Shown: positions 8,501 through 17,599 of the stretch, in pieces | Position numbering within the stretch: the first letter of the stretch is position 1 | Layout: each line of letters begins with the position of its first letter | Assembly: GCA_044221725.1 (NCBI GenBank) | Contig: JBGAON010000003.1 | Location: forward strand, 192,001 to 256,000 | Length of the DNA stretch: 64,000 bases | From: Elusimicrobiota bacterium | Lineage (GTDB): Bacteria; Elusimicrobiota; Elusimicrobia; F11 | Direction of reading: 5' to 3' | Notes under the pieces: generated by a model | The model's input: the letters and a program-made list of their open reading frames with translations, nothing else | Told to the model about the DNA's origin: nothing | Database searches by the model: none | Program-made: the position numbers and the translations under genes

Positions 8501-11413
8501 TTGACCAACGTTTCTCCATCCGTGTTAATGTCTCATGAGGCCGATGTTTTAAGAATGATTTTCGGTATCAATGGTCGTGTGCCGCTTACAATTCAAGAAA
8601 TCTCGGAAGCCACAAAATGGTCCGAATGGCAAATTGAAAGAATCCGCGATGCGGCGCTCGATAAATTGATGAAGGCCCGTGTTCATGAGCACGCATTCGG
8701 AAGGGGGATTCTTCCTTTTCTCGCGCGTGAGTCAAGATTTCTGCGCTTGAAGGGGCATACGCGTTCCGCCTCTTTAATAGAAAACGTTGTTTTTCCTTCC
8801 CTTGAAGAGCTTGTCTTTAGTTTTGGAGCGGTTTACGTGTTCGGCGCGTACGGACTCATTATCGCACGCGTGATTCATGTGGCGTTGCATTTGCTAGGGC
8901 CGCCATTATCGGATCGTGGCGCTCAAAATGTTTTTCGAAAGCTTTTTATTCCTGTTCTTATTTCTGTTGCGCCGTTTTCCTTCCTTGGTGTTCCGAGTCT
9001 TTCTTCTTCGGTGTTTTCGGTAAGTGCGGCTTTTGATGTTGCTGCGCAGTTTTTCGAATGGCACGTTGTCTTTAATTCGCTCGTCGATTTGACGGGCGCG
9101 ACCGTCGCCAAAGCCAATTTGCCAACGAACGACGACATCGTGGGGCCGTATCGCATCCTTCGCGAAATCCGGCCGCAAAGCGCCCGAGCCGTGGCGGTGT
9201 ACGAAGCCGTCCACGTTGAGACAAACGCCAAAGTCATTCTTAAAACGTATCTTGATTTTCCAACGAATTCTCAGGAGTTTTTAAATGCGCATTCCCGTGA
9301 GGTTCGCAACCTCTGGCTGCTCACGCAAAAAGGGATCAATTTCGTTCCCAAATTAATTGATCAAGGCGTCGATTATCACGGCGCGGTTCCGCGATATTGG
9401 TTTGCGATGGAATTGGTCGAAGGGAAAACGCTCGACAAATGGCTCGCCGCCAATGCGAGCTACCACGATCGCTTGCAGGTGTTTCGAAACTTGTTGGTGG
9501 TCGTTGACCGTTTTCACCGAGAGGGATATGTTCACCTGGATCTTACGGCCACCAACATCATGGTGCTGCCAGACAATCAAGTGATGCTTATCGACGTCGA
9601 ATTGATGCAGTCGCTTGAGGTATCCCTTCAACAATTTGTGCTCGGTGCGCCCGCTTATGCATCGCCGGAAACACGGGCGGGTTTTCGGGGAGTTTATACG
9701 CGATCGGCGGATGTTTTTTCTCTCGGTGTAATACTGTTTTTAATGAGCACGGGCATGTCAAAATTGGAACGCCATCCTGCGAACGACGGGGTTTTCTCTT
9801 CGTTGGTAACTCGATATCCAGATGCGGATATATATGAATGGGTTCGCGCCGAGATCGCCAAGCAATCCCCTTGGGCAGTGTACGGCGATGTGATCTCAAA
9901 GGCACTCCGAGCCAACCCGCATTCGCGGTTCACATCCGCTCGGAATTTTCTGAAGGCCATGGACGACGCAGCGGTGCACCACGCTTTGGATGTTTCGAAA
10001 GCGATGCAAGCCATTGACCGCGCTTTTTACCTTGAAGACACAAAAGTTGTCGACGTCACAACCGCTCCTAATGATCTGATGATTTACACCGTTGAGCCGG
10101 AATGGAAAACGGGTCTTGCTTTGTTAACCCAGGAACTATCGTCGCCGCATCCTCGATTCCAACTGGTCATGCGGAATTCGAGATTAATAGGAATTGTTCC
10201 CACCGAAACGCGGCGGGATTCGAGTTTTCGGTATTTGTCTTTGGCCGATTATCAGTACGATCCTCCGGATTATTCCATTGGGCTTTCGAATAAGTGGAAA
10301 GAAATTTTGAAACAAAGCAGCGAGGACGAAGCACGCCTCGAGGAATATTTGCGATCACGCGGGCGTACCGATCGCGAGATCCAAGGCGGTCGTCTCAATG
10401 GATTCGGTGATCATTGTGTTGAACCTGCCGTGCTTGTTGATCTGGGCACGTCGATCACGCTCACATCCATTCGGTCACCTCTCGAACACCCACAGCCGCT
10501 GTTGGCGAGTCGTCGACAAGCCGAAAACTTTGTGATTCAGGTTTTGCCCACCGTCTCTTCTCCGATCGGCAAACAGAATGGCGGATACGAAAAAGCGGCT
10601 GAGGATCGGAAATACTATTTCAATGTTACGAATGTCGCGGAGACATACGATAAGAAAAACGGGCCTGGTTCGTGGAAGGGAAAGAAAAGAATTCGAGTCG
10701 TTGGCTGCGGAACCGGCTGTGACGCGGTCGCCGTGTTGGTGGGTGCAATAAATTATCACGGACATTCGATTGCTGACTTAAGGGACTATATTCGTATCAA
10801 CGAAAGAGTGCCCGAATGGGCACCGATTATCGATGCCAGTGACATAAACCCGGTGGCGGTTGAAAACACGAAGCTCACATTTGACCAACTTGGGATTTCA
10901 GCGGTCGTCTACGCGCATGTGACGGACAACTTGCTGTCTTCGATTCCAACCACGGAGCTCGCCGACGTAATAATTTGGAACATGCCATCTTATCCAGCCG
11001 ATAAATTAGCGGATCAATTGGCCGATTATGCTGATGGCGGCGCCAACGGCAAGATTGCGCTCGACATTTTAACGGAAAGGCTATCGGCGAACTTGGCCGA
11101 TGGCGGCGTGGGAATTTTTGGGAACTACCAAACGCCGGTTATTTTAGACGGAACGCAACGCGATCTTGTTCGATACAAGTTGGTTAACAGCGCAGGGGCT
11201 CGTGAGCGAGGCATGACCGTTCAAGGGGGAGGATTGTATGGCAGCCGCGAGGTCTACGTAACGCATGTGCCGTTGACCCAATCACCGGTGACGCGAATGG
11301 ATGTTGGTCTCAAGTTTCGTTTGGAACATAATCAACAAAACAATGAGCTGCCGAAAATCCCGGTCCGTCACGAGGACTGGATCGAGCGTCGCGCCATTTT
11401 GGGCGGTGCTTAG
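5522..11413 (+). CDS. 1963-aa multidomain membrane protein: N-terminal conserved domain + sigma-70-like + Ser/Thr kinase-like + SAM methyltransferase-like domains
   Basis: Signal-like N-terminus; QDVH..LEGA..RD..MA..GGFH domain; sigma region 2 (DELESEGYSGLL..FSTFA) and two region-4 HTHs; kinase motifs VILK, HLDLTATN, YASPE, DVFSLG; MTase motifs VGCGTG, SDINPVAV, IIWNMPSY; several hydrophobic blocks. Confidence 0.85.
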   Translation: METPRFVRVVAGSLSIVYLATNCLFAGRVEGNIWQERRPSSAPNVFIQRPRIPAVHTDLGLRRASMMALARFGTIRNVQKSTHPSPKNPVVLHVQDVHMNSEAQRNISGALQQLIDNEKVRLLALEGAFHSIDLTPFRKFPDRTSVFNVADYMLQEGKISGAIHAAVFAEKTVSTIGIDDFGHYNANVEAVQKSFAASKELKPEILRYVNDLEKKKQQTFDSSLLRFDNTVQQYRNQSLSLGDYASALSRIVDASSSVKTFLKARRLESIIDFSAVARARAEAREKNISPIHFPSLMLYDDYLRAAKSIDSDALANELEHMESAAFKKLSRTPAERELIAQSRRLYLLEKLVNFSLTKNEWDEYENEHRSACAIPHERIQPFEAFYMEAEYRDAAMAMNFLNQINEINDADQSTFVLVTGGFHSSGIDKRLGDAGCTVVTFIPKITKIDTVNGSAYLSVFAQEKFSLDKLFEGEKIFLSPSPMSKSAFGLFAVLVASVALLTNAVSSGIAASWLQSTLAMNDLSIAKAGANAVNIVFGLYGAHLGITFLSGAAGAIRPELSIARQKPDFGRWFPSSIRESLEHFMPWFVPQHIAIRRWPLWIGYAMIVTCGVAFPVLFSEFVSVVPSEVWMWTGGVVAHEFYNRLAKVMGWPMLTRVVLAQDFLTAEQEQSLAREMDSIFDSMLPVLLDNEKAQDLLLRLLKSDLHRRINLNLVIQADVQAHKKGKFWIRPGLTAKNNVRIADLIQVLTRTPSSELYAQIKDWHEKNNDLSLNLRNLTLRFLHGFRELSYSEKQQRQISNWIRTYEDTRNMLVRPYVGIVTGLAKKFTRQGLSIDELESEGYSGLLAAAEHYRVGFGRFSTFATPSVRRSMRVAVLRKAKENAPERTLTESIAGEEIDYDSSKYEELLKQVYQLPRRDQFVLSQYYGLNGLDPEKLEQVGRRLGLSVERIRQIRNRALDRLRERLTSPTGELREEEEGAPISKKLNRQNVIDMLTNVSPSVLMSHEADVLRMIFGINGRVPLTIQEISEATKWSEWQIERIRDAALDKLMKARVHEHAFGRGILPFLARESRFLRLKGHTRSASLIENVVFPSLEELVFSFGAVYVFGAYGLIIARVIHVALHLLGPPLSDRGAQNVFRKLFIPVLISVAPFSFLGVPSLSSSVFSVSAAFDVAAQFFEWHVVFNSLVDLTGATVAKANLPTNDDIVGPYRILREIRPQSARAVAVYEAVHVETNAKVILKTYLDFPTNSQEFLNAHSREVRNLWLLTQKGINFVPKLIDQGVDYHGAVPRYWFAMELVEGKTLDKWLAANASYHDRLQVFRNLLVVVDRFHREGYVHLDLTATNIMVLPDNQVMLIDVELMQSLEVSLQQFVLGAPAYASPETRAGFRGVYTRSADVFSLGVILFLMSTGMSKLERHPANDGVFSSLVTRYPDADIYEWVRAEIAKQSPWAVYGDVISKALRANPHSRFTSARNFLKAMDDAAVHHALDVSKAMQAIDRAFYLEDTKVVDVTTAPNDLMIYTVEPEWKTGLALLTQELSSPHPRFQLVMRNSRLIGIVPTETRRDSSFRYLSLADYQYDPPDYSIGLSNKWKEILKQSSEDEARLEEYLRSRGRTDREIQGGRLNGFGDHCVEPAVLVDLGTSITLTSIRSPLEHPQPLLASRRQAENFVIQVLPTVSSPIGKQNGGYEKAAEDRKYYFNVTNVAETYDKKNGPGSWKGKKRIRVVGCGTGCDAVAVLVGAINYHGHSIADLRDYIRINERVPEWAPIIDASDINPVAVENTKLTFDQLGISAVVYAHVTDNLLSSIPTTELADVIIWNMPSYPADKLADQLADYADGGANGKIALDILTERLSANLADGGVGIFGNYQTPVILDGTQRDLVRYKLVNSAGARERGMTVQGGGLYGSREVYVTHVPLTQSPVTRMDVGLKFRLEHNQQNNELPKIPVRHEDWIERRAILGGA

Positions 11414-11417
11414 ATTC

Positions 11418-12443
11418 TTAATCTAATTTCTCGAACTCTTTTTTTAGCAATGCGTCAAACGGCAACAAAAAAAACGACGTAAGAATCAAACCGTAAATTT
11501 GTGACCGTTTTATTTTTACGGGCCCAGTGGTCTTAAGAATGTTCGGAGTCTCACGCAATTTTTTTAGTGTTTTCATTCCGATCATAAGCGGCCACCACAC
11601 GGCGGCGCGCAATCCGAGCGAAAATTTTGGAAGCTGCGATATATACGAAAGCCCACGCTCCAAGCGAAATATCGTTTGATCAATTAGATCCACGTAAACT
11701 TTTCGAAACTCGTCTTCTTTTTTGCCAGCGATGATATCGTCGATCGCAATCCCGTCGCGGTTGAGTAACTCGGTCGGTATGTAACATCGCCCCATCTTCA
11801 GGTCTTCAGGAAAGTCCCGTAATATATTGACCATCTGAAGGCCTGTCCCAAAGATGATTCCGTCCTGGAGCATGCGGTCCGGGTTTGGAATGTTCAATAC
11901 AGGCAAGTGCGACAAGCACACGCTGGTCCAAAAACGTCCGGGTTCGCCGCCAATCCAATGGATATACGCTTCGAGTTCTTTGTCGGTGGGCATGGCTTTC
12001 GCCGACTCTGCGTCGGAACCATCAAAAATTTTCAAATCCATTTCCATGCCAGTGATCACCGCAGTGACCACCGATTGGATCAACGCTTGATTGCTGCGCG
12101 TGAGACTATTGAACCAGGCCGTGCAGCGATTGAAATTTTTCAGCAGTCTTTGTTCGTTGACTTTTGGCGTTAGATTCAGGTTGTCGAGATCTCTCAAAAA
12201 ATCGGTGAGCCGGTCGCTCGGTATCGGAAACGTCGCGAACAAACTTCGAAACTGGCCAAGCAGTTTAAGTTTCTCTGAAGTTTGCGTGGAAGGAGTGTCG
12301 GCAATCGTGTCGGCGGCACGGCACAGCAGATACCCAAGTCCCATCACGGAACGAATTTTTTTCGGAAGGATCTTGAAACTCAAATAGAAAGATCGCGAGA
12401 CGTCTTTCAGAAGACTGTTTTGTATTTGTTCAGTGAAATTCAT
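11418..12443 (-). CDS. Squalene/phytoene synthase family protein (farnesyl-diphosphate farnesyltransferase-like)
   Basis: VSRSFYLS, YLLCRAADTIAD and GLQMVNILRDFPEDLKMGRCYIP motifs. Confidence 0.9.
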   Translation of the reverse strand: MNFTEQIQNSLLKDVSRSFYLSFKILPKKIRSVMGLGYLLCRAADTIADTPSTQTSEKLKLLGQFRSLFATFPIPSDRLTDFLRDLDNLNLTPKVNEQRLLKNFNRCTAWFNSLTRSNQALIQSVVTAVITGMEMDLKIFDGSDAESAKAMPTDKELEAYIHWIGGEPGRFWTSVCLSHLPVLNIPNPDRMLQDGIIFGTGLQMVNILRDFPEDLKMGRCYIPTELLNRDGIAIDDIIAGKKEDEFRKVYVDLIDQTIFRLERGLSYISQLPKFSLGLRAAVWWPLMIGMKTLKKLRETPNILKTTGPVKIKRSQIYGLILTSFFLLPFDALLKKEFEKLD

Positions 12444-12453
12444 GCAGCGCGCC

Positions 12454-13848
12454 TTAAGCGGCTGCCGATTCTACATCAGGAAGGAAATCAATGAGCGAAT
12501 CAATTTTATCCATGTGACCGAGCGTTTTTCGAATCGAGAGTGGGAAAGGGTCTGTGCTGTTGTTCCCGAGGGCCGCCAGATTGCGCGGATTCCATGTGCC
12601 TTGAGTTGTCTTAACAAGCACCATCGGCCGCGCGATGTGTGCGAGGTTCGGCATTATCACAACGCCACGCTCGCCGGTGTTCAATTGAACGATCGTGCCC
12701 GGCGCATACAACCCATGGAACGGTAGCAGCAGTTTGACGAGAAGCTGAGGGAACTGCGTACGAGCGCGGTGGAGCGTTGTGCGGAGTATTCGATGCATCG
12801 GTACCGGCCGATGATAATGATGATCGGACACGGTTGCCCAGCTAACAAAGTCGCAAAGTCCAACGATTTGAGAAAAGATGTGCGGCTTTAGGGATCCCGG
12901 TAGCGCCGGATATCCCTGGCCGTCCGCGCCCACGTGATGTTCCAGCGCCACTCGCACAACGCTCATCGGTAATCCCTGTACACCAGCAAGAAAAGAAGCG
13001 CCATCGCGCGCGTGCAACCGAACAAATTCAATGTCGCCTTCTTTCAATTTGTGGCCGCTTGAAAATTCGGATGGCAACAGAAAACGGCCCGTATCGTGCA
13101 GCAACGCCGACAACGCCAGAATTTTCGTCGACGTCAAATCACACCCCAGTTGATGGGCAAGATAAACGCACTGAATTGTCGTATGCACCGCGTGTTGGAC
13201 CGAAAGGTTCGTCCGTGGAAAGGTTGCGAGCATGAGAGAAAAATCCATCGGACGCTGATGAACCGCGTCGACAAGTCGATCGAGCGGCAGCGCCAAATCG
13301 GCCAATGACACGGCTTGTTCCTCAATAATCTTTGTCAGTGTTTTCTCGGCCAGGACGAGCCACTCGTTGTAAATGGTCACCGAACGGTCAAAATGCGCGC
13401 GAACTGTTTTCGATTTGTCGTCGTGTTTCCTTTCTTCTTCAAGCGTGGCCTTAATATGTTCGCTTTGAAAGCCTCGGGACGGTCCGGATTTCTCCATGAG
13501 ATGTTGGCTCAGGTCCACCACCTCTTTCGTGGTAACGTTCGGCAAGAACGCCACTTTCGCAATCTTTCGTTCTTCAAAGCCGCGGAGCAAATCGTACAGC
13601 GAAAGACTTTCTTCAATGAAAAGCATGTCATCAATCACAAACAAACCGTCCACATGGTGCAGCAGAAAATCAAAACGTATGGATAGGACGTCTTGCAAAG
13701 CTTGCAAAAATTTCTGGGCTGCTTCCGTGGTGCTCGGATGGCTCGGGGAATAAAGCCTTGCGTTCTTAAACGTTGCATACCACGCACGGAGTGCCGCGCT
13801 GTATTTTTCGCGGTCGCGCTGGCGTGTGTTGGGCATCATTTCACTCAT
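12454..13848 (-). CDS. HD-GYP domain protein
   Basis: LLHDTG, HARDGA, EHH..DGQGYP; C-terminal YAPGTIVQLNTGERGVV..N....RP subdomain. Confidence 0.85.
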   Translation of the reverse strand: MSEMMPNTRQRDREKYSAALRAWYATFKNARLYSPSHPSTTEAAQKFLQALQDVLSIRFDFLLHHVDGLFVIDDMLFIEESLSLYDLLRGFEERKIAKVAFLPNVTTKEVVDLSQHLMEKSGPSRGFQSEHIKATLEEERKHDDKSKTVRAHFDRSVTIYNEWLVLAEKTLTKIIEEQAVSLADLALPLDRLVDAVHQRPMDFSLMLATFPRTNLSVQHAVHTTIQCVYLAHQLGCDLTSTKILALSALLHDTGRFLLPSEFSSGHKLKEGDIEFVRLHARDGASFLAGVQGLPMSVVRVALEHHVGADGQGYPALPGSLKPHIFSQIVGLCDFVSWATVSDHHYHRPVPMHRILRTTLHRARTQFPQLLVKLLLPFHGLYAPGTIVQLNTGERGVVIMPNLAHIARPMVLVKTTQGTWNPRNLAALGNNSTDPFPLSIRKTLGHMDKIDSLIDFLPDVESAAA

Positions 13849-15455
13849 GCGGCCCGCGCCGCGTCGCGATATTTTGTCTGGGACAACACTTGCACGGCCA
13901 CCTGTTTTAGATCAGCATCCTGAGACGATCGAGCGAAATTGAGAAGTGCGCGTTGCGATTCGTCACTCCCTATGCGGCACAACGCGCGCACCATCTCCGA
14001 TCGCACGATCTTTTGTGGGTGCGTTAAGAGGGGCGCGGATGCGGGCAAAAGCTGCGACGCACGAATGTCTCCAAGAATCATCACCAAATTGCGTGTTAGA
14101 AAAGCGGACGCGTGCGCAAGCGATTCGACGAGCACATCGGCGCCGTCTTCACGGGCGACGTTTGTCAGGAGCACGCAGAGTTTCTTGCGCATTCCCCGAT
14201 CCTGTTCGCCGTCCAGCGCTTTGACAAGACCCGGCAAGCAAGCTTTTCCTAGCGAACGGAAATAATTCGACATGTCCGTGAAGGCCGACGATTCGAGGGT
14301 GCATGAGCGCAGCGGAAATAGCACAAGGCCGATATTCTGCAAAGAGGTTAATTGTTGGCGCAGCGATGCGATCAGCGATACGGCGGGATTTTCAGTGTCG
14401 GAAGATGTGCAGGCGGTCCACGCCTCAATCGCGAGCTTGAGTGATTTCTCTTGAATCGGAACGGAGTTGCGTTCGGACATGCAGCGCAACAAAAGCGAAA
14501 GTCCGAAAATAAAGTTGCTTCCGCCTTCCTGAAGCAGCGCCGCGGCCAAGTCGAGATCTTGAGCCGCCGAGGACATCAAGCCAATGGACCGAAATTCGTG
14601 ATGTTGGTTCACTTCCTCTGTCGAAAATGCACACAAACGCGACTCCCAGTCAACTTTGCGCGTGGCCGCCGAGAATACCTTCTGAACAACGAACCGGTGC
14701 CCGAGAGCGGATTCTTTTCGGAGATTTTGCGTCGGTTCTTGATCGAGTTGTTCGCGCAGATGATTTTTTAACGACACCGGAATGGGGAAAAATTTCGAGA
14801 ATCGCTCCCATGGAAAATAACCTTCGCGGGCCGCGTTTATGAAATCGTGTAGGAATGTCTTGTGTTGGACCGGGAGTGACTTCGCCTTTTCGATTGCATG
14901 AGCGTAGAAATCAGCAAGGTTGTTCACCGTGTTCGCGTTCAGTTGCTCAACGTAACCGAAACCGTTTTGCGATTTTGGAACCAGTACCGGTGCGAAACGC
15001 TTCGTGATCGCTTCGTCGGACAGTTTTAATAGGTACGAATTTGCTGTCATCGGCACCAAGCTCACCGGTTTTGGCTCACCATCGTCCAGCAGCGTAACGA
15101 GCTTTTCGTTTTTCGAATCCGAACTATCTTTGCCGGTGAGAATGTGCAGCAATTGAAAGATATTGCGCGATTGCAGCGGAGCCTGAAATTGAATGCTGCG
15201 GTACCCGAGATTTCTCAGCAAGCCCGCGAACGAAACGGTGAGTTCCGGAAATCCAACGGGTTCACCTTGGAACAGCAGCGACCGGTTTGTAACAACAAGC
15301 TGGATGGGTTGGGGAGTTTTTTGAGTGTCTTGAAATCTTTTGACGAGGTTCTGAAGGATTTCTTCAAAAGCTTTGTTGTCTTGGTTGTAAATGTAAAACG
15401 ATCGAAATGCGCCGGCCAGCGTTGAGACGAAGCGGTTGATTGCCTGCGGATCCAT
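13845..15455 (-). CDS. HEAT-repeat-containing protein
   Basis: C-terminal HEAT-like repeats (RNLVMILGDI, HPQKIVRSEMVRALCRIG); ATG at 15455 preferred over the upstream start at 15473; ATGA overlap with the HD-GYP gene. Confidence 0.75.
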   Translation of the reverse strand: MDPQAINRFVSTLAGAFRSFYIYNQDNKAFEEILQNLVKRFQDTQKTPQPIQLVVTNRSLLFQGEPVGFPELTVSFAGLLRNLGYRSIQFQAPLQSRNIFQLLHILTGKDSSDSKNEKLVTLLDDGEPKPVSLVPMTANSYLLKLSDEAITKRFAPVLVPKSQNGFGYVEQLNANTVNNLADFYAHAIEKAKSLPVQHKTFLHDFINAAREGYFPWERFSKFFPIPVSLKNHLREQLDQEPTQNLRKESALGHRFVVQKVFSAATRKVDWESRLCAFSTEEVNQHHEFRSIGLMSSAAQDLDLAAALLQEGGSNFIFGLSLLLRCMSERNSVPIQEKSLKLAIEAWTACTSSDTENPAVSLIASLRQQLTSLQNIGLVLFPLRSCTLESSAFTDMSNYFRSLGKACLPGLVKALDGEQDRGMRKKLCVLLTNVAREDGADVLVESLAHASAFLTRNLVMILGDIRASQLLPASAPLLTHPQKIVRSEMVRALCRIGSDESQRALLNFARSSQDADLKQVAVQVLSQTKYRDAARAA

Positions 15456-15499
15456 ACATAATTGTAAGGGCACTCCGGTCGCGATGCAAGTTAAAGATC

Positions 15500-15528
15500 T
15501 TGATATCCCTGGGTTGCCCTGTTAGAAT
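15500..15528 (+). promoter_or_regulatory. Sigma-70 promoter of the small-protein/ftsH/adaptor/two-component operon
   Basis: -35 TTGATA (15500-15505), 17-nt spacer, TG extension, -10 TAGAAT (15523-15528). Confidence 0.7.
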
Positions 15529-15575
15529 CCGACGAACAAAACGTGTCACAATTTTTCGTCGAACGGGAGGACGTA

Positions 15576-15881
15576 ATGTCGCCATTTGGAAGTTCCGCTT
15601 TGCCACTGATCATCATTGCGATTGGAATCATCGGAATAATTTTGAGCTTTTTGGTTCCGGACCGGAAAAAATCTCTCATCTCGCTCGGATTGGCCGGGGC
15701 CATCATTCTCGCCGGTCTGGTTCAACTTCTCTCGCAGTCGATCACGCGCTACCAGTGGGAACGTCGCATGCGCGACATTCAGCGCGATCGCCAAGTGGAT
15801 TTGGAACAAATGCGTGAGCGCATGAAAGAGAAAGCGGGCGAAATGCCGAAACCCGGTGTCGCTCCCGAAAAGAAGAAATAA
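15576..15881 (+). CDS. Small two-TM membrane protein with charged C-terminal tail
   Basis: SD GGGAGG 5 nt before ATG 15576; two hydrophobic helices, then an R/E/K-rich tail. Confidence 0.75.
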   Translation: MSPFGSSALPLIIIAIGIIGIILSFLVPDRKKSLISLGLAGAIILAGLVQLLSQSITRYQWERRMRDIQRDRQVDLEQMRERMKEKAGEMPKPGVAPEKKK

Positions 15882-15941
15882 CTTTTCCGACACTTCCCTA
15901 CCGTTAACCATTCTCCAACCTAAGGAGCTCGTGCGTTTCTT

Positions 15942-17594
15942 ATGAACAAAGCAAAATTGAAGCTTTGGTGGGACGACAATTGGATGTCCCTTATGAAGTG
16001 GTTGTTGATCGTGCTCAGCCTTGGGCTCACGATCGTCGGCTCTTATGTGTTTTTGTTCCAACTCGAGTCCTTCCAGAAGCAATCGCTGCTCGCGAGTTTT
16101 CCTATTTATTTGTTCAACGCGGTGGTCAGCTCGCTCGTGTTTGTTTTCGGCTACCGGTACTTCATGATGGGTGGGATGTCCAAGCTGTCCTCGCAGTCAC
16201 GCAAACTCGATGCTCAATTCATAAAAATTAAGTTTTCCGACGTCATTGGCCTCGAAGAAGCGAAGCGCGAGGCGCTCGAAGTGGTGTCGCTCATTCGCGA
16301 CCGCGCGCTGGTCAAACGAATTGGTGGCAAGATCATCAAAGGTATCTTGATGCAAGGCCCGCCGGGCTGCGGGAAAACGTTGCTTGCGAAAGCCATCGCC
16401 GCTGAATCAGGGATACCGTTTCTCGCGATTTCCGGGAGTGAATTTGTCGAAGTGTTCGTCGGTGTGGGCGCTTCGCGTGTTCGGCAATTAATGAAGCGGG
16501 CACGTCTTTTGGCCGAAGCGCACGGCGCGTGCATTGTTTTTATCGATGAGTTGGACGTGATCGGACGAGCGCGATCGTTCAACGCGTTCGGTGGTTCCGA
16601 AGAAACAAACTCCACCCAAAACGAATTGTTGGTACAAATGGATGGTATTCAGTCCGGGTCCGACAAGCTGATTTTCATTGGCGCAACGAACGCGGCCGAG
16701 TCGACATTGGATCCGGCGTTGCTTCGCCCGGGTCGATTCGACCGAAAAATTTATGTTGGCAAGCCCCATCTGAAAGAACGGGAAGATCTGTTCCGTTACT
16801 ATCTCGGAAAAGTGAAAGCCGATCCCAATTTGGAAATGAAAAAGCTTGCACAGCGGACCGTCGCAAAGTCTCCAGCCGATATTGAATCGGCCATAAAAGA
16901 GTCTGCTTTAATCGCTGCTCGTGAAAGTCGCGACATGATTACGCTTAAGGATTTATCCCAGGCATTTGAACGTATCGACCTCGGGATTGCGCATCGTTTG
17001 CCCATGACCGCGAAGGAGAAGGAAACAGTCGCCACGCACGAAGCAGGCCATCTGGTTACGGTTTACAACGAGCATCCCACGCATGACGTTTTTAAAGCGA
17101 CGATTTTGCATCGCGGTGGAGCGCTCGGTCACGTGCTACCGGTACCCCGCGAGGAACAGTACACGAGGTCGAAACCAGAATTGATCGCGAACATCAAAGT
17201 GGCTCTCGCCGGGTTTCTTGCTGAGAAAATTAAATATGGAGTAACGAGCACGGGCGCCTCGTCGGATTTCGCGAACGCCCTGTCGCACGCGCAGGCGATG
17301 GTTTGGGAATACGGCATGGGCACAAGTGGCATTCTCGGTAATTATGCGATTGTTCAGAACAATCAGACCGTTTTCATGCTTTCCGAATCATTAAAGAACC
17401 AGTTGAACAGCGAAGTGCAAGCCATTCTTCATGATTGCGCGAAAGAAACCGAAGCGTTCTTGCGCAAAGAATGGGAGATGGTTGAAATTTTCGGGAAGCT
17501 CTTAATTGAAAAAGAAGAGCTGAATTACGACGAGATCGAAGAAGTCTTTGCCGCGCACGGCAAATCTCGTCCGACGCCGCCCGCCAGTCTGTAA
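15942..17594 (+). CDS. ftsH: FtsH-family AAA+ zinc metalloprotease (paralog with minimal periplasmic loop)
   Basis: Walker A GPPGCGKT, pore loop FVG, Walker B VFIDE, SRH DPALLRPGRFDR, HEAGH, GASSDF; two N-terminal TM helices. Confidence 0.9.
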   Translation: MNKAKLKLWWDDNWMSLMKWLLIVLSLGLTIVGSYVFLFQLESFQKQSLLASFPIYLFNAVVSSLVFVFGYRYFMMGGMSKLSSQSRKLDAQFIKIKFSDVIGLEEAKREALEVVSLIRDRALVKRIGGKIIKGILMQGPPGCGKTLLAKAIAAESGIPFLAISGSEFVEVFVGVGASRVRQLMKRARLLAEAHGACIVFIDELDVIGRARSFNAFGGSEETNSTQNELLVQMDGIQSGSDKLIFIGATNAAESTLDPALLRPGRFDRKIYVGKPHLKEREDLFRYYLGKVKADPNLEMKKLAQRTVAKSPADIESAIKESALIAARESRDMITLKDLSQAFERIDLGIAHRLPMTAKEKETVATHEAGHLVTVYNEHPTHDVFKATILHRGGALGHVLPVPREEQYTRSKPELIANIKVALAGFLAEKIKYGVTSTGASSDFANALSHAQAMVWEYGMGTSGILGNYAIVQNNQTVFMLSESLKNQLNSEVQAILHDCAKETEAFLRKEWEMVEIFGKLLIEKEELNYDEIEEVFAAHGKSRPTPPASL

Positions 17595-17599
17595 GCCGA

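Noticed and set aside
15922..15945. AAGGAG followed by a 4-codon GTG mini-ORF overlapping the ftsH ATG
   Set aside because: The SD-to-GTG spacing is only 3 nt, too short to support a real leader peptide.
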